Origin: Gemmatimonadales bacterium
GTDB lineage: Bacteria; Gemmatimonadota; Gemmatimonadetes; Gemmatimonadales; GWC2-71-9
Reading direction: 5' to 3'
Assembly (NCBI GenBank): GCA_036267775.1
Contig: DATAVM010000032.1
Span: 23,209-87,208, forward strand
DNA: 64,000 nt
The notes under the pieces were generated by a model. The model had not been told where the DNA came from. It saw only the letters and a list, made by a program, of their open reading frames with translations, and searched no databases. Within the stretch, counting starts at the first letter, position 1. The number at the start of each line of letters is the position of its first letter. A program made the position numbers and the translations under genes. Shown piece after piece: positions 1-9,068 of the stretch.

Positions 1-82
1 CTGCCAGATCGGCGAGGGCACCGCGGAAATCCAACGGCTGGTCATTGCTCGCGCGCTCCTCGGAGCGGTCGCCAACGGCTAG
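1..82 (+). CDS. acyl-CoA dehydrogenase family protein, C-terminal fragment (5' end outside window)
   Basis: Reading from nt 2 gives CQIGEGTAEIQRLVIARALLGAVANG-stop. EGTxEIQRLVIAR is the conserved C-terminal motif of acyl-CoA dehydrogenases. Too short to appear in the ORF track. Confidence 0.6.
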   Translation, partial: CQIGEGTAEIQRLVIARALLGAVANG

Positions 83-420
83 GCCCTTGTTGCCGTAAGT
101 TGCTGCCCGCCATACATTTCCGGGCATGCGGTCCCATGACATGCAACTGCGCAGTCGGGCGACCGATGGGGGAACTGCCTCCATCGGTGCCACCGCATGG
201 CATCTACTCGTAGCACTTTTCCGGCTCTGCCTCGCTCCTCGCGCGCATCGCCCCTCCATTCTCCGACAGCCCCGACCCTTGGCCCGGCCCGGCCACGCAT
301 CGGGCATTCGCGACCCACGACGGTCGCGCGTGTCCCATGTCGTCCGGCGCCACCAGCGGTCGCCGGGGCTCTCGTCCGGGATGCGCCTCGACCAGCGCGG
401 AACCTTCACCAGGAACCCCC

Positions 421-2025
421 GTGAAGCGCGAAATTCTGATTTCCGGCACCCCCCGCGAGACGCGGGTCGCCATCCTCGAGGACGACAAGCTCGTCGAACT
501 GCTGGTCGATCGCCCTGATCAGCGCCGCACCGTAGGAGACATCTATCTCGGCCGCGTCGATGCCGTTCTTCCTGGCATCCAGGCCGCCTTTCTCGACATC
601 GGGCTGGAGAAGAGCGCGTTCCTGCACGCCTCCGATCTGCTCGAGCCCGAGGAGGATGATGATCCCGAGGAACACGACGACGATGTCAGCGACGACGCCG
701 GCGACGAGGAAGCCGTCGCGCCGAGCGCCAAGCGGCGTGGCGATGGCGGGAAGCGCGAAGTTGGGCAGCGCGCGGCCATCCCGGACATCTCGGAGCGATT
801 GAAAAAGGGACAGACGCTGCCGGTGCAGGTCATCAAGGAACCGATCTCCACCAAGGGCTGCCGCGTCACCGCGCAGATCTCGCTCGCCGGGCGCTTTCTG
901 GTGTACATGCCGTACGCCACGCGCGTCGGCGTTTCCCGCAAGATCGAGAATCGTGAACAGCGCGCCAAGCTGCGCGACATGGTGTCGCGACTGCTGCCCA
1001 AGGATTCGGGCGGCGTCATTGTGCGCACTGTGGCGGAGGGCGTCACGGAAGATCACTTCCGGCGCGAGATCCAGTCATTGCTTGCGGCATGGAAGAAGGT
1101 CAAGCGGAAGCAGCTCTACGTCCGCAAGGCACCGGCGCTGCTGCATCGCGAGGCCTCGCTCACGCGGAGTCTGATTCGCGACGTGTTCTCCGCCAAGGTC
1201 GACGCGCTCTGGGTCGACTCGCGCGAGCTCCATCAGGAGATCCACCAGTATCTCGAACTGATCGATCCCGAGCTGATCGAACGCGTGCACTTCTACGACG
1301 AATCGATCCCGCTCTTCGATCGCTTCAAGATCGAGCACGAAATCCGGGATCTCTTCAAGCCGCGTGTGGATCTGCCCACCGGCGGCTATGTGATCATCCA
1401 GCCCACCGAGGCGCTGATTTCGGTGGACGTGAACACCGGCCGGTATACCGGCAAGCGCGATCCCGAGAAGACGATCCTGCGCACCAACATCGAGGCCGCA
1501 CGCGAAATCGCACGACAGATCCGGCTCCGCGACCTGGGCGGCATCATCGTCGCCGACTTCATCGACATGGAGTCGAAGGGGAATCGCGATCGCGTGCTGC
1601 AGGAGCTTCGCACGCATCTGGGGCGCGACCGCGCACGGACTCGCGCCTTTGCGGTGTCGGAGCTCGGCCTCATCGAAATGACGCGCCAGCGGGTGCGCCC
1701 ATCGCTCTGGGCGTCGATGACCCGGGAGTGCCCGACATGTCACGGCACTGGGCGGGTCTTCTCACCCGAGATTGTTACCCGACAGCTCGAGCGCGCCCTC
1801 AAGCGGGCCGGCGTGGACCAGAAGGAACGGAAACTTGCCATCCGGCTCCACCCCGATGTGGCTCTCTATCTGGTCGAAGAAGAGCCCAAGCTGGTCACCA
1901 GCCTGGGCCGTCAGGGCGGCCTGGAACTCGAAATCCGCGACGACCCGATGCTCCGGCTCGACGAGTTCCGGCTGATGTCGCGCCCGGCGGGCCGCGACGT
2001 GACTGAGCTGTACGCGGTGGCCTAG
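421..2025 (+). CDS. rng: ribonuclease G/E family endoribonuclease
   Basis: ORF 337..2025. N-terminal S1 domain (KREILISGTPRETRVAILEDDKLVELL, GDIYLGRVDAVLPGIQAAFLDIGLEKSAFLH) and catalytic core (VIIQPTEALISVDVNTG, GGIIVADFIDM, CPTCHGTG). GTG at 421 is preceded by AGGA and matches the usual N-terminus; ATG 337 would add an Arg/Ser/Pro-rich extension. Confidence 0.85.
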   Translation: MKREILISGTPRETRVAILEDDKLVELLVDRPDQRRTVGDIYLGRVDAVLPGIQAAFLDIGLEKSAFLHASDLLEPEEDDDPEEHDDDVSDDAGDEEAVAPSAKRRGDGGKREVGQRAAIPDISERLKKGQTLPVQVIKEPISTKGCRVTAQISLAGRFLVYMPYATRVGVSRKIENREQRAKLRDMVSRLLPKDSGGVIVRTVAEGVTEDHFRREIQSLLAAWKKVKRKQLYVRKAPALLHREASLTRSLIRDVFSAKVDALWVDSRELHQEIHQYLELIDPELIERVHFYDESIPLFDRFKIEHEIRDLFKPRVDLPTGGYVIIQPTEALISVDVNTGRYTGKRDPEKTILRTNIEAAREIARQIRLRDLGGIIVADFIDMESKGNRDRVLQELRTHLGRDRARTRAFAVSELGLIEMTRQRVRPSLWASMTRECPTCHGTGRVFSPEIVTRQLERALKRAGVDQKERKLAIRLHPDVALYLVEEEPKLVTSLGRQGGLELEIRDDPMLRLDEFRLMSRPAGRDVTELYAVA

Positions 2026-2096
2026 GCCCTTGGGAGGGGCGGGTTTGCAAAGCCTCCCGGTCGGCACTATTCTTCATGGCTATTTCTGGAGCAGAT

Positions 2097-2414
2097 ATGT
2101 ACGCGATCTTCAAGGCACTGGGCAAGCAATGGCGCGCTGAAACGGGCGCGATGCTCAAGCTGCCCCTGATGGAAGAAAAGGCCCCGGGCGACAAGCTCGA
2201 ATTCAGCGAGGTCCTGCTGACGTCGAACGGGACGACCGTGCTGGCAGGCACGCCCACCGTCAAGGGCGCGTCGGTCTCGGCCGAAGTGGTCGGGCACGGC
2301 AAGGAAGACAAGATCTACGTGTTCAAGTTCAAGCGTCGCAAGGGCTATCGGCGCAAGACCGGTCATCGGCAGAAGTACACCGAGGTCCGGATCACCAGCG
2401 TCGTTCTCGGGTGA
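2097..2414 (+). CDS. rplU: 50S ribosomal protein L21
   Basis: [12 protein letters not shown]... and [16 protein letters not shown] are typical of L21. GGAG lies 6 nt upstream of ATG 2097. Immediately followed by rpmA. Confidence 0.9.
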   Translation: MYAIFKALGKQWRAETGAMLKLPLMEEKAPGDKLEFSEVLLTSNGTTVLAGTPTVKGASVSAEVVGHGKEDKIYVFKFKRRKGYRRKTGHRQKYTEVRITSVVLG

Positions 2415-2422
2415 GGTAGCAG

Positions 2423-2692
2423 ATGGCACACAAGAAGGGCGTCGGCTCCAGCCGCAACGGGCGCAACTCCAACCCGCAGTACCTCGGCGTCAAGCACTTT
2501 GGCGGCGAATGGGTCTCCGCGGGCAGCATCCTGGTCAAGCAGCGGGGCACCAAGTTCCATGTGGGCAAGAACGTCTTCAAGGCCAAGGACGACTCGCTGC
2601 ACACCTACATCGACGGCGTCGTCAAGTTCGAGCGCCGCGACCGCGACCGGCTCCGGGTTTCCGTCTATCCAGTCGAGCCCGCCGCCAACTGA
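2423..2692 (+). CDS. rpmA: 50S ribosomal protein L27
   Basis: [28 protein letters not shown]...[14 protein letters not shown] is the canonical L27 N-terminus. Confidence 0.95.
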   Translation: MAHKKGVGSSRNGRNSNPQYLGVKHFGGEWVSAGSILVKQRGTKFHVGKNVFKAKDDSLHTYIDGVVKFERRDRDRLRVSVYPVEPAAN

Positions 2693-2718
2693 CCGCAGTC
2701 CGCATTCCGTAGTCTCCT

Positions 2719-2747
2719 GGGCGTCCCTTCATCGGGGACGCCCATTT
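2719..2747. terminator. stem-loop between convergent rpmA and the phosphodiesterase gene (probable bidirectional terminator)
   Basis: GGGCGTCCC (2719-2727) pairs perfectly with GGGACGCCC (2735-2743) across a 7-nt loop, followed by ATTTG. Located in the 69-bp convergent gap. Confidence 0.55.
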
Positions 2748-2761
2748 GTCGTCCGGACGCG

Positions 2762-3454
2762 CTATCCGCGATTGCTCGCGGGCCGGAGCCGTTCGGGCCA
2801 GTTGCCGCAGAGCCCCATCACGCCCATCGCGCGCAGCGCGTCCGCCTCGGCCGGGTCGTTGACGGTCCAGGCAATCACCCCGACTTCGTGCGCCTGGCAC
2901 TGATCGACCAGCTCCTGGTCGATGAGGTGCGACTCTTGCCATAACACCGCTGCGCCTGCCTGAAGGACCGGGCCGACCGGGTCCAGCGGGCGAGAACAGG
3001 AAAGCACTCCCAACGACAAATCCGGCGCCTGCCGGTGGAGTCGCGCGATGATCCGATGGTCAAACGAATGGACCTGCCGCCGGAAAGTGGCGCCGTTGGG
3101 GCGGATGAGCGCGATGAGCGTTGCGTCGGCCGCAGCAGGCAGGGCCTTCACCTCGACAAATACGGTGAGGTCGCCGAGGACGTCGAGGGCCTCGCGCAGG
3201 GTTGGCGGGGGGAACCCATCGGCGAGGGAGTGCCGGCGCAATCTGTCCAATGTCAGCGTCGAAATGACCTCTCCTGTGGACAGCTGGTCATCATGATGGA
3301 CCACCAGTTCGCCGTCGGCCGTGACGTGGACGTCGAGTTCGACGGCGTCGCACTGCCAGCGTCCAGGCGAGGTGGCCAGGCGGAATGCTGTCAGCGAGTT
3401 CTCCAAGGCGTGTCCGGAGACACCGCGGTGACCGATGATCAATGGCAGGGGCAT
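2762..3454 (-). CDS. glycerophosphodiester phosphodiesterase (GDPD family)
   Basis: ORF 2762..3496(-). PLPLIIGHRGVSGHALENSLTAFRLA plus ELDVHVTADGELVVHHD are GDPD signature strings. Start at the internal Met (MPLPLIIGHRG) fits family N-termini better than 3496. Confidence 0.8.
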   Translation of the reverse strand: MPLPLIIGHRGVSGHALENSLTAFRLATSPGRWQCDAVELDVHVTADGELVVHHDDQLSTGEVISTLTLDRLRRHSLADGFPPPTLREALDVLGDLTVFVEVKALPAAADATLIALIRPNGATFRRQVHSFDHRIIARLHRQAPDLSLGVLSCSRPLDPVGPVLQAGAAVLWQESHLIDQELVDQCQAHEVGVIAWTVNDPAEADALRAMGVMGLCGNWPERLRPASNRG

Positions 3455-3636
3455 CGCCGGTTTTTCCCAACCTGCATCAACAATGTGGACAAACACATAT
3501 GCAAAGTGTTCACAAGCGTTCCCTGGTGGTCAGCGCGCTGCCCAAGCCGCGCAAAGCTGACCGTCCCGTCGCTCGCAACTCCTTGCGGGGCGCGGAAAAC
3601 GTTAACGCAGACGGGCCCGGCCCGTCGTCTTCCCCA

Positions 3637-4182
3637 GTGACCGCCGTGGCAGGGGGCTCCCAGACCGATCCGGAGCTGGTGGCGGCCTGGCGGAGCGGCG
3701 ATGATCATGCAGCCACCCAGTTGGTCCAGCGACACGCTGCCGCACTCGGACGCTACCTTGGCGCCGCGGGTGCCGCCAGCGCCGATGTCGAGGATCTCGT
3801 CCAGGAGACCTTCTTCAAGGCGTTCCGGGGCCTGCAGGGGTGGCGCGGTGACGGCTCGTTCCGGGGCTGGCTCTTCCGGATCGCCGGCAACCTGCTCAAG
3901 GATCGTTTCCGTCAGGGGAAGGGACGCATCTTCCTCGAGATCGAAGAGCATGACATTCCTGATCGCGCCGACCCCGCGGGCGAACTTGCGGCGGACGAAA
4001 CGGGACGCCAGCTCGAAGCGGGCCTCAAGCGTCTGGCGCGCATGCAGCGTGAGGTCTTTCTGCTCAGAGTCCAGCAGGGCCTCGACTACGCCGAGATCGC
4101 CGTGTCGCTGGGAACCACTCCCGGTGCGGCCAGAGTGCATTACCATCATGCAGTCAAACGTCTGAAGGAGATGCTTGAATGA
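3637..4182 (+). CDS. ECF-type RNA polymerase sigma-70 factor
   Basis: ORF 3442..4182. Region 2 (DVEDLVQETFFKAFRGL...FRGWLFRIAGNLLKD) and region 4 (REVFLLRVQQGLDYAEIAVSLGTTPGAARVHYHHAVKRL). Start is uncertain: GTG 3637 gives a typical length, while ATG 3499 lies inside an AT-rich probable promoter patch. Confidence 0.8.
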   Translation: MTAVAGGSQTDPELVAAWRSGDDHAATQLVQRHAAALGRYLGAAGAASADVEDLVQETFFKAFRGLQGWRGDGSFRGWLFRIAGNLLKDRFRQGKGRIFLEIEEHDIPDRADPAGELAADETGRQLEAGLKRLARMQREVFLLRVQQGLDYAEIAVSLGTTPGAARVHYHHAVKRLKEMLE

Positions 4183-4697
4183 TCGACTGCGCAGCGCTTC
4201 GCGATCGAATGCCCGACGTGGTTCACGGGCGTGCGGCGTGGACCGAGGCTGAGGTCGAACATCTGGCAATCTGTCCGTCCTGTCGCGTCGAGTGGCACAT
4301 GATCCGGGCGGGCGCGTTGCTCGCGAGCGCCGTCGTCGTTCGGGAGGATGTGGTCGCCGCCGCGGTCCTGCAGGCGCTGCGCGTGCCGCCGGCAGAGCCG
4401 GTGGTGCGGCGGTTTTCGTGGCGGCCAGCGCTTGTGGGCGCGGTTGGCATCGCGGCGACCGTCGCTCTTGTCGTTGGAATTCCGCGTCATCCTGCGATCA
4501 CCACCATGGCCGGCGCCGACAGCGCGCCAGCAGCGGCTGTGTTTCCTGAGCTCAACGGGCTGACGGACACGCAGCTCGAGTCGGTCCTTCACGCGGTCGA
4601 CTCGTCCGTTGAGGACACGCCGTCCGAACCGCAGCCCCGGCTTGGCGATCTGGACGAGGCCCAGCTTGAACAACTCATCCAATCGGTGAAAGGGTGA
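4179..4697 (+). CDS. anti-sigma factor, zf-HC2 (ZAS-like) with one transmembrane segment
   Basis: ATGA overlap with the sigma gene. H-x3-C-x2-C motif (EHLAICPSC) near the N-terminus. Hydrophobic segment WRPALVGAVGIAATVALVVGI. Confidence 0.7.
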   Translation: MIDCAALRDRMPDVVHGRAAWTEAEVEHLAICPSCRVEWHMIRAGALLASAVVVREDVVAAAVLQALRVPPAEPVVRRFSWRPALVGAVGIAATVALVVGIPRHPAITTMAGADSAPAAAVFPELNGLTDTQLESVLHAVDSSVEDTPSEPQPRLGDLDEAQLEQLIQSVKG

Positions 4698-5218
4698 GCC
4701 CGACACGCTTTGCGTTGCTCATCGTGCTCACCCTTGCGGCAGCCGCACCGGCGGCGGCACAGCGGGAAGGCGCGGCGCACGCCGGCCCGCGCGTGGCAAT
4801 GCTGCGCTCGCAAGTCGAGCGGGCGTTCATGCAGCAGGCGCGCAAGCAACTTGGCCTCACCAGCGAGCAGGCACCCCGGATGGAGCGTGTAGTGGCCGGG
4901 TTTGCGCAGACGCGCGTCAAGCTCGACAATCAGGAGCGCGGCTTGATGTCGGCGTTGCGCGAGCAGGAGCGCACCGGGACGGCCGCCAATGCCGACAGCA
5001 CCTCAAAGCTGGTCAGCGCGTTGCAGGCCAATCGCGTCGCGAACGCCGAAAGTTTCCGCGATGAGATGGCGGCCCTTGCGCCTATTCTTACCCCCGTGCA
5101 ACTCGGCCGCTATCAGTTGCTGAGTGACCGCCTGCTCGACAAGATCCGCGAACTGCAGCAGACGCGCGTGGTGGCCCCGGACGCGAAGGCCGCGGCGGAT
5201 ACGGGTCGGCGCGGCTAA
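4694..5218 (+). CDS. periplasmic Spy/CpxP-like protein with LTXXQ motifs
   Basis: GTGA overlap with the anti-sigma gene. Signal peptide (LLIVLTLAAAAPAAAQ). Two LTXXQ motifs (LGLTSEQ, ILTPVQ) in a helical Gln/Arg/Glu-rich protein. Confidence 0.55.
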   Translation: MSPTRFALLIVLTLAAAAPAAAQREGAAHAGPRVAMLRSQVERAFMQQARKQLGLTSEQAPRMERVVAGFAQTRVKLDNQERGLMSALREQERTGTAANADSTSKLVSALQANRVANAESFRDEMAALAPILTPVQLGRYQLLSDRLLDKIRELQQTRVVAPDAKAAADTGRRG

Positions 5219-5494
5219 CTCCGCCATGTGAGATGGGCGAGCGACGAACTGCCGCGATGCGTCGGAAATCCCCTCCATTCGTTCTGGCAGTTGGTCCGAT
5301 CAGTGCGCGACACGCGCCCTTGCACGCGCAGTGCATGACAGGGCCGCCGCGAGTGCGCTCGGTGATCGTGCGATTCGCCAACGCCACGGGCATTCGTGGC
5401 GCTGGATCGGACACGATCCTCATCGTCCGGCCGTTCGCATGGGATAGGCGAAACTGGCAGGGGGTCGAGCAGGTGGGTACTGTTCACCCGCTTG

Positions 5495-5577
5495 GCCCGA
5501 GTGGCGGAATGGTATACGCGGCGGACTCAAAATCCGCTGACCGCAAGGTCATAAGAGTTCGAGTCTCTTCTCGGGCA
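5495..5577 (+). tRNA. tRNA-Leu (anticodon CAA), class II with long variable arm; CCA not encoded
   Basis: Acceptor GCCCGAG/CTCGGGC. Anticodon stem GCGGA/TCCGC with loop CTCAAAA. Variable arm GACC-GCAA-GGTC. T arm AAGAG-TTCGAGT-CTCTT. Discriminator A. Confidence 0.9.
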
Positions 5578-5579
5578 TT

Positions 5580-5622
5580 GTCCGCCGTCGGCCGAGCGCC
5601 TGCGGCGGACGCGATTATTTTT
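5580..5622 (+). terminator. rho-independent terminator after tRNA-Leu
   Basis: GTCCGCCG (5580-5587) pairs with CGGCGGAC (5603-5610), followed by GCGATTATTTTT. Confidence 0.6.
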
Positions 5623-5678
5623 GGGACAGGCTGTCCTTGCGGTCCGTTCTCCACTGTTGCTGCCTTGCCGGGAGTTCC

Positions 5679-7160
5679 ATGGCACTCACTGTGACGCACC
5701 GCGTGGCCGATCCGGCTGCGCTCGAAACCGCATTGGTCATCGTTCCGGTTGTCAAAGGCGCCCTGCCGTCCGCACTGACCAAGCTCGACGCGGCAACGGG
5801 TGGCGCGCTCACCCGCTGCTGGGCCACCGGCGACTTTACCGGCGCGCGTGACGAAACGGCGCTTGTCTATCCCGCCGGCAAGATCGGTCGCGTGCTGCTG
5901 ATCGGGCTGGGCAAGGCGGGCGATCTCACAGCGAGCGATCTGCGTCGCGCCGCGATGATCGGCGGCAAGCGCGCGTGTGTTCTCGGCGCGCCCAATGCGG
6001 CGTTCGTCCTGCTCGACGACATTGCCGCCCAGGTGCCGCGCGATCACGCTGGCCAGGTGATCGCCGAAGGCATCCCGTTCGGCGCGTGGCATTATCCCGA
6101 CCTCAAGCGGCCGCCTGAAACACCCAAGCCGGCCTTCGAACGCTGTGAGATCGTGACGCCGACCGCGGATGCGGCGTTCGCGGCGGGCGTGATCCGCGGC
6201 AATGCGATCGCCGCGGGGCAGGCCTATACGCGCTTGCTGCAGGTGCTGCCGGGCAACACCGCCACGCCGGAGTACCTGGGTGATCGCGCGAAGGAACTTG
6301 CCCAGCAACACGGCTTTGGTGTGACGGTGCTCGACAAGGCCGCGATCATCAAGGAAGGCATGCACGCCCTGATGGCGGTGGCGCAGGGAAGTGCGCTCGA
6401 GCCGCGCTTTATCGTGCTGGAGTACAAGGGCAGCGGTGACGCGCCGGTGGTGCTCGTCGGCAAGGGCGTCACGTTTGACTCGGGCGGCATTTCCATCAAG
6501 CCGGCGCAGTCCATGGAAGACATGAAGTACGACATGTCCGGCGCGGCCGCGGTGCTCGGCACCTTCGAGACGTTGGGTCAGCTCAAGCCCAGGGCGCACG
6601 TGATCGGTTTGATTCCGTCGTGCGAGAACATGCCGTCGGGCACGGCGTTCAAGCCGGGCGATGTGGTCGGCTCGCATCTTGGCAAGACGATCGAAGTGGT
6701 GAACACCGACGCGGAAGGACGGTTGATTCTTGCGGATGCGCTATCGTGGGCGCGACGCTATTCGCCTGCGGCGGTCGTCGATTGCGCCACGCTCACCGGT
6801 GCCATCGTCATTGGACTCGGCCACACCGCGAGCGGTGTCATGGGTACGGACGCGCGTGTCATTGCGGACGTCATTGCGGCCGGCGAACGCGCTGGCGAGC
6901 GCGCGTGGGAATTGCCGCTGTGGGATGACTACCGCGATCTGATCAAGTCGGACATCGCCGACGTCAAGAACAGTGGCGGCCGTCCGGCCGGCAGCATCAC
7001 CGCCGCGTGGTTTCTGCGCGAGTTTGTCGAAGGATATCCCTGGGCGCACGTCGACATCGCGGGCACCGCCTACACCGAGCGCGAGTTGCCGACGCAGGCC
7101 AAGGGGCCGACCGGCGTGATGGTGCGGCTCTTCACCGAATTCGTGCTCGCGCGAGCCTGA
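5679..7160 (+). CDS. pepA: leucyl aminopeptidase (M17)
   Basis: ORF 5637..7160. VGKGVTFDSGGISIKP and NTDAEGRLILADAL are M17 signatures. ATG 5679 (MALTVTH) preferred over 5637. Confidence 0.9.
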   Translation: MALTVTHRVADPAALETALVIVPVVKGALPSALTKLDAATGGALTRCWATGDFTGARDETALVYPAGKIGRVLLIGLGKAGDLTASDLRRAAMIGGKRACVLGAPNAAFVLLDDIAAQVPRDHAGQVIAEGIPFGAWHYPDLKRPPETPKPAFERCEIVTPTADAAFAAGVIRGNAIAAGQAYTRLLQVLPGNTATPEYLGDRAKELAQQHGFGVTVLDKAAIIKEGMHALMAVAQGSALEPRFIVLEYKGSGDAPVVLVGKGVTFDSGGISIKPAQSMEDMKYDMSGAAAVLGTFETLGQLKPRAHVIGLIPSCENMPSGTAFKPGDVVGSHLGKTIEVVNTDAEGRLILADALSWARRYSPAAVVDCATLTGAIVIGLGHTASGVMGTDARVIADVIAAGERAGERAWELPLWDDYRDLIKSDIADVKNSGGRPAGSITAAWFLREFVEGYPWAHVDIAGTAYTERELPTQAKGPTGVMVRLFTEFVLARA

Positions 7161-7168
7161 CGATTACC

Positions 7169-9001
7169 GTGCGGGCCCGTCTCGCCGCGGTACTGCTGGG
7201 AGCGCTCGTGCTCGGCGCGGCGGCACCGGTCGTGTCGCAGGTGCCGGTTACCCCGCCGGCTGACACCGTGCGGAACGACACGACGCACGCCGATTCGCTG
7301 CACCCCAAACACGACACGCTCACCACGACACAACGCCTGTTGCAAGTGCAGCAGGATCAGAATGTTCAACGACCGACTCCGCCGCTTGCGCACGTCGAAA
7401 CACTGCAGCCGGCCGGCACGCGGATCGTCTTCAATCGCGATTCCATCGACTGGGCCACCGCTGAGACTGTGAGCGAACTGCTCAATCGCGTGCCCGGTGT
7501 GTACCTGGAACAGGGGGGCTGGCTCGGCCGCCCGGTGTTGCCCAACTATCAGGGACGCGGTGCAGGCTCGGTCGAGTATTACCTCGATGGCCGGCCACTG
7601 ATCGGGCTGGGTCCGGATTCGCTTGCGCCCGATCCATCGGCGTATCCGCTGGAGTTTCTCGACCATGTGGAGATCGAACGCGGGCCGGGCCTGCTGCGCG
7701 TGTATCTCTACTCGCGCGAGCACGATCGTGCCGCCCCGCGCACCAAGATCGGCGTTGCGACGGGCGATCGTGGTCTGGCGCGGTACTTCGGATCGTTCGA
7801 GCGGAATTACACCGGCGGCATCTCGCTGGTGCTCGCGGCCGATTATCTGGGCGTCAACTCGCCAGCGGGCGGGACCGGCGGTGCGAATATCACCAACGGG
7901 TGGGCGCAATTGGGTTGGATGCCGACTCCGCATTTCAGCATTCAGGGGCAGTACTTCACGCAGGATCTCTCCCGTGATTCCCTCCTCGACGCTGTGACCG
8001 GTGATTCGCTGTCGCCGGCGCTTTCGGGGACGCGAACGGACGAGAACCTTCGCGCGTCGTGGCAGCAGCGCACGGACGGTCTCGGGCCGCGCTTGGACTT
8101 CTACGCCGCGCAAACGTTCTGGAAGGGCGACTCGCTGCAGGAGCGGCTTGGCGTCATCGGCGGCATCGCCACGCTGCGCCGCGCCAACTTGTCGGCGGAG
8201 TTGACGACGCTCACCTACTCGGCGTGGACGCAGCTCGACAATCGGATCAACCTGGCGTGGGCGCCCTCGCATCTGCTCAGCGGATCGGTGGAGTTCATCA
8301 ACCAGGATCACAGCGGCAACCGCGCCAGCGACTGGGGGACCGCTCGACTGGGTCTGCAATTGCCGGCCGGCTTCCGCATTGGTGGTGTGCTGCGCGATGG
8401 ACACCGCGTGCAGAACCCGAGCATCGTCACCGATTCTGCGCAGAAGGTGCAGGATGGCGAGGTGACGGCGGCCATCGATCTCAAGGCACTGACGATCGAG
8501 GCGGGATTCACCCGCGACAATGCGTGGCAGCCGACAGCCTACGAGGAGTTCACCGCGATTCCCGGTCTGGCGCCGTTGCCGCGGACCGACTGGATCACCG
8601 GGCACATCCGGCTGGCACCCCTCGGATGGCTGACGTTCGAGAGCGTGTACGAAGAGCCGCGGCACATTCTCCCGGACGGTGTGCCACCGCAGCACACCTA
8701 CACGACCGTCACCGGCCGGTCGCGCTTCCTGCGGAACTTTCCGAGCGGCATCTTCGAGCTCAAGGCGCAGGTCGCCCTGGAGGCGTGGAGCCCGGGGCTG
8801 GGCGGGCATGACACAATGGGCGCCCCGATACCGCTGCCAGCCGCGTCCTTCTATCGGGCGGACCTCCAGATCAAGATCGGGCCGTTCATCGCCTTTTTTG
8901 ATCGGGTGAACCTCAAGGCAGTCAAGACCGGGTCGGTCCCGGGCTATCCGATCGTCCTGGCGGGCAGCACTTACGGGATGCGGTGGGAATTCAGCAACTA
9001 G
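7169..9001 (+). CDS. outer-membrane protein with TonB-dependent-receptor Plug-like domain and C-terminal beta-barrel
   Basis: ORF 7007..9001. The part upstream of 7160 overlaps pepA. In-frame GTG 7169 starts a signal peptide (RARLAAVLLGALVLGAAAPVVSQ). Plug-like string IVFNRDSIDWATAETVSELLNRVPGVYLEQGG...YQGRGAGSVEYYLDGRPL, followed by an alternating-pattern region. Confidence 0.6.
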   Translation: MRARLAAVLLGALVLGAAAPVVSQVPVTPPADTVRNDTTHADSLHPKHDTLTTTQRLLQVQQDQNVQRPTPPLAHVETLQPAGTRIVFNRDSIDWATAETVSELLNRVPGVYLEQGGWLGRPVLPNYQGRGAGSVEYYLDGRPLIGLGPDSLAPDPSAYPLEFLDHVEIERGPGLLRVYLYSREHDRAAPRTKIGVATGDRGLARYFGSFERNYTGGISLVLAADYLGVNSPAGGTGGANITNGWAQLGWMPTPHFSIQGQYFTQDLSRDSLLDAVTGDSLSPALSGTRTDENLRASWQQRTDGLGPRLDFYAAQTFWKGDSLQERLGVIGGIATLRRANLSAELTTLTYSAWTQLDNRINLAWAPSHLLSGSVEFINQDHSGNRASDWGTARLGLQLPAGFRIGGVLRDGHRVQNPSIVTDSAQKVQDGEVTAAIDLKALTIEAGFTRDNAWQPTAYEEFTAIPGLAPLPRTDWITGHIRLAPLGWLTFESVYEEPRHILPDGVPPQHTYTTVTGRSRFLRNFPSGIFELKAQVALEAWSPGLGGHDTMGAPIPLPAASFYRADLQIKIGPFIAFFDRVNLKAVKTGSVPGYPIVLAGSTYGMRWEFSN

Positions 9002-9068
9002 GTCCCCCGGCCCGTCTGCCAATATCCTGCTATCTTTCCCTGCTTTCCCCGAATGGGAGCCCGTTTCT

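Noticed and set aside
337-420. ATG 337 as the rng start, and similarly ATG 7007, 14115, 18468, 21641, 35492, 37156, 38196, 46197, 51638, 52939 and 53240 as starts of the ORF-track entries
   Set aside because: The upstream extensions overlap the preceding well-supported genes or encode Arg/Pro/Ser-rich sequence. Internal ATG/GTG codons coincide with canonical protein N-termini and with stop/start coupling.
3455-3636. AT-rich patch with the short inverted repeat AACAC-N9-GTGTT (about 3490-3515) as an operator between the phosphodiesterase and the ECF sigma gene
   Set aside because: Only 5 bp pair and the flanks do not extend the symmetry. It is probably just divergent promoter DNA, so not reported as a site.
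5219-5494. Possible small genes in the 276-bp gap upstream of tRNA-Leu (track ORFs 5215..5487(-), 5088..5423(-) and 5233..5694(+))
   Set aside because: The translations are Arg/Ser/Pro-rich without motifs, and the + strand ORF runs straight through the tRNA. The region is most simply the tRNA promoter and leader.
5495-5577. tRNA-Leu as a possible integration hotspot or genomic-island boundary
   Set aside because: No integrase, direct repeat of the tRNA 3' end, or compositional shift is visible on either side. The neighbours are the ECF module and pepA, both ordinary chromosomal genes.
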